Below, piece by piece: positions 57,458 through 64,000 of a stretch of 64,000 nucleotides of DNA. The translations under genes were made by a program, and so were the position numbers. How positions within the stretch are numbered: the stretch's first letter is position 1; each line of letters opens with the position of its first letter. Under the pieces are notes generated by a model. That model saw only the letters and a list, made by a program, of their open reading frames with translations, was not told the origin of the DNA and did no database searches. The stretch lies in contig JBKAGE010000075.1 in NCBI GenBank assembly GCA_046290225.1, forward strand, positions 128,001 through 192,000. Direction: 5' to 3'. The stretch is from Bradymonadia bacterium (GTDB lineage: Bacteria; Myxococcota_A; Bradymonadia; UBA7976; UBA1532).

Positions 57458-60400
57458 TCAGAACAAGCCCTTGAAGGCTTTCTTGGCTTCGTCCTCGGCC
57501 TTCTTCTTCGCTTTGTTCGCCGCGTCTCGGGCCTTCTTCTCTGCCTTCTTTTTGGCCTCGTCGGCTTTCTTCTTGGCCTTGTTGGCGATCTCCCGGGCCT
57601 TCTTCTCCGCCTCGGCGGCCTTTTCCCGGGCGAGGGCCTCGGCCTTCTTCGCCACCTCCAGGGCCTTCTCGGCGCCGAGGGCCTTGGCCACCTGAGGGGC
57701 CAGCGCCGCAGCGAGGGCTGCACCCTCGATGCCGGAGATCTTGGGCTTGGTGAGGGTGCCGCCGATGCTCAGGGCCACAGGGAGAGCCTTGTCGATCTTG
57801 AGCCGGCCCCCCGTGACCGAGGCCAGGGTCTTCGGAGAGAGCATCAGCTCCCCCTTGAGGTCGAGGCTCTTATCGAGGCCGATGCCGCCGTTGAGCTTGA
57901 GCGGGCCCTCTTTGGTGTCGAGGGTGAGCAGCTCGGCGAGCATCATCTTGCCCTTGTTGAGGTTGAACCGGGTGTTCACCTTGCCCAGGCGGGTGCCGTC
58001 CCGACCCGCGGGCACGGGGATGATGTCACCGAAGCGCTTGTTGAGGGGTTTGAAGATGGCCTGCTCGAGATCGAGGGTCTTGAGCACCCCATCGGCGAGG
58101 TCGAGGGTGAGCGAGCCTGTGAGGGTCTCTTTGAGATCCTTCCACTCGGCGCCCCGGCCCTTGATGGTGAGCTCGGTGCTGATGCGACCCACGAGGGTGC
58201 CCGGCAGGTTCATCTGCTCCGAGAGCAGCTTCTGAGCGCTCACCCGCTTCATGGCCACCCGTGTCTCGAAGCTGGGTACTGGATCAGCGATGTTGGCCTT
58301 GGTGGGGGTGAGGTCGAACTCGCCGTCGTAGGCGTTGAACTTCAATCGCTTGAAGTTGAGCACCCCATTCTTGAGCGTGAGCTGACCCACCATCTTCTTG
58401 AAGGGGAACCCGCCGGCGCGGCCCTTGGCGATGTTGATGGTGCCCACCCCGTCGATGCGCTTGAGCACAGGGTTCGGGGGGCCAGATTCGGGCTCTTCGG
58501 CCTCTTCGTCGCCACCCTCGGGCAGCAACGCGTCGAGATCGAGGTTGGGCGACGACAACACGAACTGGATCTTCGGCGCGTCGAGGTTCTTGACGCTGGC
58601 CTGACCCTTGAGGGTGCTGCCTTTCTGGGCAAAGTAGAGGTTCTTGAGGCTCGCCTCCACCGTGGCCGGGTTCGCGGGGTTGCCCTTGAAGGTGGCGTCG
58701 ACGCCGAGGGTGGCCGAGGCGAAGGGCGACTCCTTGAGGCTGGGCACCATCTTGGCCACCTCGGCGAGGGTGAACCGGGCGAGACTGGCTTTGACGTTCA
58801 TGGGGCCGCCGCCGGTGCTGATGCGGCCGGAGCTGCTGAGATCGAGGGGCCCGAACCGCACCTTGCCCTTGCTGAGGTCGATGGCGGTCTTGCCGATGGC
58901 GGCGCTGAGGTCGAGGGTCATGGGCACCCCCGCCTGCTTGCGCAGCGCGTCACCGGCCACGACTGCGAGGTTGCTGAGATCACCGACGGCGGTGATGGCC
59001 ATGGCCCCGGGCTTGCCCTTGGCAGTGAGGTCGATCTCCCCGCTGCCCTTGAGCGTGGCCCCAGGCACGTCGAGATCGGCGTTGTACACCCCCAGCTTCA
59101 CCTCGGCGTCGAGGCGACCACCGGCGCGCTTGATGGCGATGTCGATGCCGCCCTGGCCGGCCAGCTGCACATCTGGGGGGATCGCCTGGGCCACTGCCGG
59201 CGACAGCCGCGCCGGGCCGGTGATGTTGAACCGTCCGGTGCCACCTTTGATGTCGATGGCGGGGTTGACGAAGTTCTTGATCGACCCCGAGAGGGCCAGA
59301 TCGATGCCGCCGGCGGTGAGGTGCAGCTGCTTCAAGAACAGGCTGTCGCTGCCGAGAGTGGCTTCGATCAGGGTGTGCAGGGCCACGCCCTTGGGCTTGT
59401 TGAAGCTGCCGGGCACGATGATGGTGGCCTTGTCGAGATCGACGTTGAGATCGATCTGCTGCGCTTCGGCGTTGCCGTCTGCGTTCATGGCGACGACGAA
59501 GGGCCCGTCGAGGCGGCCGCCAGGGCCCAGGGCAGGCATCAACGGCCCGAGCAGGGCCTTGAGCCGGCCGAAGTGCAGCTTGCTCGAGGTGATCTTGAGC
59601 CCCTTGAACTGCGGGTGGATCCCGTTGAGCCCGGTGACGCTGCCGGTGCTGTGCAGGGTCATGTCGTCGAGGGCGATGTCGAAGCCGTCGATGTCGAGGG
59701 CGCCCTCGGCGGGGGTGAAGTCGAGGTGGGGGGTGAGCTTGAAGTCGAAGGGCTTGCCCCCAGGCAGCGCGATGGGGGCCAGGGCGAAGGTGCCGTGGGC
59801 CTTGATGGTGCCTCCGGCAGCGAGGGGATCGTCGATGCGCAGATCGGCGTTGAGCTTCGCTTGCTCCAGCTTCACCGGTGCGTCTTTGCCCAGGTAGGGG
59901 GTCAACGCGGCGAGATCGACCTGCTCGGCCTTGAGGCTGATCCACTCCACGGGCATGGGCACCTCACCCTCGATGGGCACGGGGCCCAGCTTCACCCGGA
60001 AGTCGAAGTTCTGCTTCTCGGTGAGCACCGCCGCCTGCAGCTTCACCTCGAAGGGGTCTTTGAGCTGTACGTCGGTCAGCTCGAAGAGCAGATCGTTGAT
60101 GTAGGTCTCTGCTGGGGCGCCGCCGGTGCCTTTGTCCACCATGTGCAGGCGGCTGTTCTGGATGGCGATGCGGTCGAGCTTCGCCTGCTTGATCATCTCC
60201 ACCACCTCGGGGTCGAGGGGGGCCGGGGCCTCTTCTGGGGGTGGTCCATCGGTGAGCCGGGTGATGACGTCCTCGTAGCTGAGGCTGCCGTCGGCTTCGC
60301 GGACGAGGTTGGCCTCGAGGCCGTCGATGACCAGGGCCTTGATCTGCACGTCGCTGCCGAAAGACGTGAGGGCAGCCCACCAGTCTGCCTCGAACTTGAT

Positions 60401-60679
60401 GTGGGCGATCTTCATGAGCGGCAGCTCGTCGCCTTCACGGCCGGCGACGCTGATGGCGGTGATGTCGGCGCCGAGATCGGGCCACAGCGTGGTCTTGATC
60501 TCGCCGATCTGCACCTTGCGGCCGAGCAGCTTCTCGATCTCGGGGATGTACTTGTCTTTTTGAGCGTTGAGCTCTTCGTCGAGATCGAAGAAGAGGCTCA
60601 CTCCGATGATGAGCACGACGAGCAGGGCAAATATCGCCAGCAGGGTTCGACTGGCGATCTTCCAAATCTTGCGCAACAC
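57458..60679 (-). CDS. AsmA-family (bridge-like) envelope protein
   Basis: N-terminal TM anchor, LGRKVQIG, repeated beta-taco-like segments, IGGTLTKPKI, Lys/Ala coil ending FKGLF. GTG start chosen from the GAGG upstream. Confidence 0.85.
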   Translation of the reverse strand: MLRKIWKIASRTLLAIFALLVVLIIGVSLFFDLDEELNAQKDKYIPEIEKLLGRKVQIGEIKTTLWPDLGADITAISVAGREGDELPLMKIAHIKFEADWWAALTSFGSDVQIKALVIDGLEANLVREADGSLSYEDVITRLTDGPPPEEAPAPLDPEVVEMIKQAKLDRIAIQNSRLHMVDKGTGGAPAETYINDLLFELTDVQLKDPFEVKLQAAVLTEKQNFDFRVKLGPVPIEGEVPMPVEWISLKAEQVDLAALTPYLGKDAPVKLEQAKLNADLRIDDPLAAGGTIKAHGTFALAPIALPGGKPFDFKLTPHLDFTPAEGALDIDGFDIALDDMTLHSTGSVTGLNGIHPQFKGLKITSSKLHFGRLKALLGPLMPALGPGGRLDGPFVVAMNADGNAEAQQIDLNVDLDKATIIVPGSFNKPKGVALHTLIEATLGSDSLFLKQLHLTAGGIDLALSGSIKNFVNPAIDIKGGTGRFNITGPARLSPAVAQAIPPDVQLAGQGGIDIAIKRAGGRLDAEVKLGVYNADLDVPGATLKGSGEIDLTAKGKPGAMAITAVGDLSNLAVVAGDALRKQAGVPMTLDLSAAIGKTAIDLSKGKVRFGPLDLSSSGRISTGGGPMNVKASLARFTLAEVAKMVPSLKESPFASATLGVDATFKGNPANPATVEASLKNLYFAQKGSTLKGQASVKNLDAPKIQFVLSSPNLDLDALLPEGGDEEAEEPESGPPNPVLKRIDGVGTINIAKGRAGGFPFKKMVGQLTLKNGVLNFKRLKFNAYDGEFDLTPTKANIADPVPSFETRVAMKRVSAQKLLSEQMNLPGTLVGRISTELTIKGRGAEWKDLKETLTGSLTLDLADGVLKTLDLEQAIFKPLNKRFGDIIPVPAGRDGTRLGKVNTRFNLNKGKMMLAELLTLDTKEGPLKLNGGIGLDKSLDLKGELMLSPKTLASVTGGRLKIDKALPVALSIGGTLTKPKISGIEGAALAAALAPQVAKALGAEKALEVAKKAEALAREKAAEAEKKAREIANKAKKKADEAKKKAEKKARDAANKAKKKAEDEAKKAFKGLF

Positions 60680-60822
60680 CGGGGCACCTCGAAGCAAAAC
60701 GTGAGACCGCGGATGTTAATCGCTTCACGCCAGCCTTTAAATCCTCAAATCCGGGTGACACTTCCCAAAAGGATCTTCGTCCCTCATGGGAGTTGCTCCA
60801 TGGTCACACTCCAGCTGTGACG

Positions 60823-61217
60823 GGTGTCTGCGTTGCGCAGCATGCGCCCTGCTGCGATTCGCAGTCCTCGACGCTCGACGGTGCGTGAGCCGGGCTTCCC
60901 GGAGGCAGGCTCACTTGTTCTCGCTCCTGCGTAAAGAGCTTCTTCTGTATCCTGTTGCCCATGCCTGCTGGGATTCGATCTACCGCGAACCTGCAGGCCT
61001 CTGAGCCCCGGCGCTCGGCGAAAGCCCCAACAGCGCCGGAATCAGCGCAAAGTCACACCAGAACTGACTTTTTACGCAGGGGAGCGAGCAAGAAGGGCGA
61101 AGCCCTGAGCGACCCTGCCTACCTGGGAAGGTGCCTGCCTCAGCAGGTGCCTGTACGTGTACGCGACCGACGAGGCTGTCCGCAGGACTGCCGAAGGCCG
61201 GTTGCCTACGCAGGCGG
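60823..61217. repeat. Fold-back intergenic element B
   Basis: Nested imperfect inverted repeats 60895-60938 / 61068-61130, 60861-60886 / 61161-61191 and 60825-60841 / 61201-61216. Shares core blocks with element A. Confidence 0.8.
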
Positions 61218-61293
61218 AGCGCAGCGACGACTGCCTACAAAGGCCCAGCCATAACGCCCATCACAGCCCAAGTCGACTCTCTAACCGCCTTCT

Positions 61294-64000
61294 CTAGAGA
61301 ATCCGTATCTCAGCGTTCCCGTCGAGCAGCCGCTTCACCGCATGTTGCAAATCGTCAGTGGGGCTCACCTTGAAGCCCGGCAGCTCGATGTGCACGTCGC
61401 ATTGATCTTCAGTGATCAACCGTAAACTCGGCGGTACCCGGCCGTGGTGCTCTTCCTTGAGCAGTAGCGCCCGCAGCTTCTCCAGGCGGGCGCGGTCCAC
61501 CGAGGCCGTGGGGATGGCGATCTCGAGGCCTCGGGCCTTGAGCGCTCGGACCTCGAGCAGGGTCATCACCGCGGGCGGGGCGTCCGAATCGACGGGCTGA
61601 CCGCGGCGGGGCTTGTTGCCGATGCGCAGAGAGACCTCGACCCGACCGTCTTCGTGTTCTACCCGAAGGCGGCCTTGCACCAGGAGCGGCTCGTCGCTCG
61701 AGAGCAGGTGCTCGAAGCGATCGAGGTCGTCTCCCATGCAGATGGCTTCCACCACCCCGGTCTGGTCTTCGAAGGTGAGGATGCCCATACGGCCGTTGCC
61801 GCTCTTGAAGGGCCGCACCCGCAGGGCGGTGACCACGCCGGCGAGGCTGATCTGGGAGAAGTTGTCCATGCGCTTTAGCTGCTCGACCCTGGCTACGCCG
61901 TAGCGGCCGATCTCGTCGGCGAAGCGGTCGAGGGGGTGCCCGGAGACGTAGAAACCCAGAGATGACTTCTCGTTGGCCAGGAGCACCTTCTCCGACCACT
62001 CCTCCACGGCGAGGATGTCTGCAGGCAGCTCGTCCACGCTGCCCCCTGTGGGGCTCGACAACATCGAGAACATGTCGCCCTGGCCGCTGGCTTTGTCGCG
62101 CTGCGCCTGGTGAGCCCGCTCGATGCGGACCTCCATGGCGGCGATGAGCCGGGCCCGGGGGGCGTTGAAGCAGTCGAGGGCCCCGGCCTTGATCAGAGCC
62201 TCGAGGGTCTTCTTGTTCACGCGCTTGAGGTCGACCCGCTCACAGAAGTCGCGGTAGCTCACAAAGGGGCCGTCGGCGTTGCGGGCCTTGATGATGGCGT
62301 CCACCGCGGTGCCGCCCACGCCTTTGACCCCGCCGAGGCCGAAGCGGATCTTGCCTTCGACCACGTCAAAGTCGTCCTGAGACTCGTTGACGCAGGGGGG
62401 CAACACCTCGATGCCGGCGTCGCGGGCGCTGCGGATCTCCCGGGTGACCTTGTCGGTACTCTCTTTGTCGTTGGTGAGCAGGGCCGCCATGAACTGGGGC
62501 CGGTGGTGCACCTTCAGATAGGCCGTGTGATAGGTGAGCAGGGCGTAGGCCGCGGAGTGGCTCTTGTTGAAGCCGTAGGCCGCGAAGCCCGCCATCAGGT
62601 CGAAGATGCCTGCGGAGATCTCCTCGGGGATGTCCTTCTCTTTGGCGCCGTTGATGAAGACCACGCGCTGGGCCGCCATGACGTCGAGCTTCTTCTTGCC
62701 CATGGCGCGGCGGAGCAGGTCGGCGCCGCCAAGGCTGAAGCCCGCCATCTCCCGGGCGATCTGCATCACCTGCTCCTGATACACGATGACCCCGTTGGTC
62801 TCGTTCAGGATGCTCTCGAGCACCGGGTGGGCGTACGTGATCTCCTGGCGCCCGTGCTTGCGCTCGATGAAGTCGTCGAGCATGCCGGTCTGGATCGGCC
62901 CCGGACGGTAGAGGGCCACGGCGGCGACGATGTCTTCGAACTTGTCGGGCTTGAGCTTCTTCAGCAGCTCCATGAAGCCCGAAGACTCGAGCTGGAACAC
63001 GCCGTCGGTCTCGCCCTTGCCCATCAGCACGTAGACGCCGGGATCGCTCAGGCCCACTGCGTTGAGATCGAGGGGATCGTCGGGTCGGTCCCGGTTCACC
63101 ATGCGCAGGGCGTCGTCGATGACCGTGAGAGTCTTGAGGCCCAGGAAGTCGAACTTCACCAGGCCCGCCTCTTCGACCTCGTCTTTGGCGAACTGGGTGA
63201 CGATCTCGTCGTTGGCCCCTCGGAAAACCGGGCAGTAGTCCCACAGTGGCTTGTCGCCGATCACGATGCCCGCGGCGTGCATGCCCGCCTGACGGTGCAG
63301 GCCCTCGAGGCTGAGGGCGATGTCCATCAGATCTTTGATGTTCTGGTCTTCATCGTAGAGCGCCTTGAGGCGGGGCTCTTGATCGATGGCCTCTTGTAGG
63401 GTGATGCCCAGCACGTCGGGCACCATCTTCGAGAGCCGGTCGGTCTCGCCGTAGGACATGCCCAGGGCCCGGCCCACGTCTTTGATCACCCCGCGGGCCT
63501 TCAAGCTGCCGTAGGTGGCGATCTGCCCCACGTTGTTGTGGCCGTACTTCTCGGTGACGTACTGGATCACCTCGCCGCGGCGGTTCATGCAGAAGTCGAT
63601 GTCGAAGTCGGGCATCGACACGCGCTCTGGGTTCAGGAATCGCTCGAACAGCAGGCCATAAGGGATGGGGTCGATGTCGGTGATGCGCAGGGCGTAGGCC
63701 ACCAGCGAGCCGGCGCCCGAGCCACGACCCGGGCCCACGGGGATGTCGTGGTCTTTGGCCCAGTTGATGAAGTCCTGCACGATGAGGAAGTACCCCGGGA
63801 ACCCCATCTGGATGATGATCTTGAGCTCGATGTCGAGGCGGTCCTGGTAGGCGGCCTTGTCGACCTCTTTGCCCACGGCGGCGAACTCTGCGTAGCGCTC
63901 TTCGAGGCCGGTCTGGCTGCAGTGCACGAGCCACGAGTCGGTGTCGTGGCCATCGGGCACGGGGTAGGCAGGCAGGTAGACGTTGCCGAGGTCGAGCTCG
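61294..64000 (-). CDS. dnaE: DNA polymerase III alpha subunit (5'-partial)
   Basis: GPGRGSGAGS, FERFLNPERVSMPDFDIDF, GFNKSH and GFYVSGHP motifs; frame is open to the window end. Confidence 0.98.
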   Translation of the reverse strand, partial: ELDLGNVYLPAYPVPDGHDTDSWLVHCSQTGLEERYAEFAAVGKEVDKAAYQDRLDIELKIIIQMGFPGYFLIVQDFINWAKDHDIPVGPGRGSGAGSLVAYALRITDIDPIPYGLLFERFLNPERVSMPDFDIDFCMNRRGEVIQYVTEKYGHNNVGQIATYGSLKARGVIKDVGRALGMSYGETDRLSKMVPDVLGITLQEAIDQEPRLKALYDEDQNIKDLMDIALSLEGLHRQAGMHAAGIVIGDKPLWDYCPVFRGANDEIVTQFAKDEVEEAGLVKFDFLGLKTLTVIDDALRMVNRDRPDDPLDLNAVGLSDPGVYVLMGKGETDGVFQLESSGFMELLKKLKPDKFEDIVAAVALYRPGPIQTGMLDDFIERKHGRQEITYAHPVLESILNETNGVIVYQEQVMQIAREMAGFSLGGADLLRRAMGKKKLDVMAAQRVVFINGAKEKDIPEEISAGIFDLMAGFAAYGFNKSHSAAYALLTYHTAYLKVHHRPQFMAALLTNDKESTDKVTREIRSARDAGIEVLPPCVNESQDDFDVVEGKIRFGLGGVKGVGGTAVDAIIKARNADGPFVSYRDFCERVDLKRVNKKTLEALIKAGALDCFNAPRARLIAAMEVRIERAHQAQRDKASGQGDMFSMLSSPTGGSVDELPADILAVEEWSEKVLLANEKSSLGFYVSGHPLDRFADEIGRYGVARVEQLKRMDNFSQISLAGVVTALRVRPFKSGNGRMGILTFEDQTGVVEAICMGDDLDRFEHLLSSDEPLLVQGRLRVEHEDGRVEVSLRIGNKPRRGQPVDSDAPPAVMTLLEVRALKARGLEIAIPTASVDRARLEKLRALLLKEEHHGRVPPSLRLITEDQCDVHIELPGFKVSPTDDLQHAVKRLLDGNAEIRIL

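Noticed and set aside
57410..60820. Long antisense ORFs (also 1621-2940, 4356-6839, 8102-10378, 11921-14839, 53528-55147, 55184-57310)
   Set aside because: Shadow frames opposite well-supported genes, expected from high-GC codon bias; no recognisable motifs.
60960..61063. tRNA, tmRNA or hammerhead ribozyme in the shared core (CACCA end, GGATTCGA, TGATGA)
   Set aside because: No cloverleaf. The T-loop-like and TGATGA strings each occur in only one of the two copies, and the hammerhead CUGANGA/GAAA core is not conserved.
61294..64000. Intein in DnaE
   Set aside because: The polymerase motifs are contiguous, including GFNKSH, with no insertion in the visible part.

Overview
GC-rich chromosomal window, probably from a Myxococcota/Bradymonadia-like deltaproteobacterium (inferred from gene content: Cys-rich lipoproteins, HEAT + HD-GYP-like pair, kinase-FGE fusion, TIGR04551-like barrel). 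Bases 1-18.2 kb encode four very large exported proteins: two PKD/Ig-repeat giants and two Cys-rich, PPC-like lipoproteins, one of which is missing from the ORF track. Bases 18-36 kb hold mixed genes (kynureninase, HEAT + degenerate HD-GYP, YqgE, PilZ, alr, Ser/Thr kinase-FGE, a lipase-like lipoprotein lacking its Ser, ABC-F, nhaA) and a c-di-GMP-I riboswitch ahead of an outer-membrane beta-barrel gene. Bases 36.9-52.3 kb are a dcw cluster (mraZ to ftsZ) lacking murD, murC and murB, preceded by three DnaA boxes and MraZ boxes. The end holds argH, a TIGR04551-like barrel, an AsmA-family gene and a partial dnaE. The most unusual signal is a pair of ~0.4-kb intergenic fold-back elements (31532-31905 and 60823-61217) whose palindromic arms differ but which share a fixed-spacing, three-block core; this may be an undescribed structured RNA or ssDNA mobile-element family. 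All calls come from reading the sequence; no searches were run.
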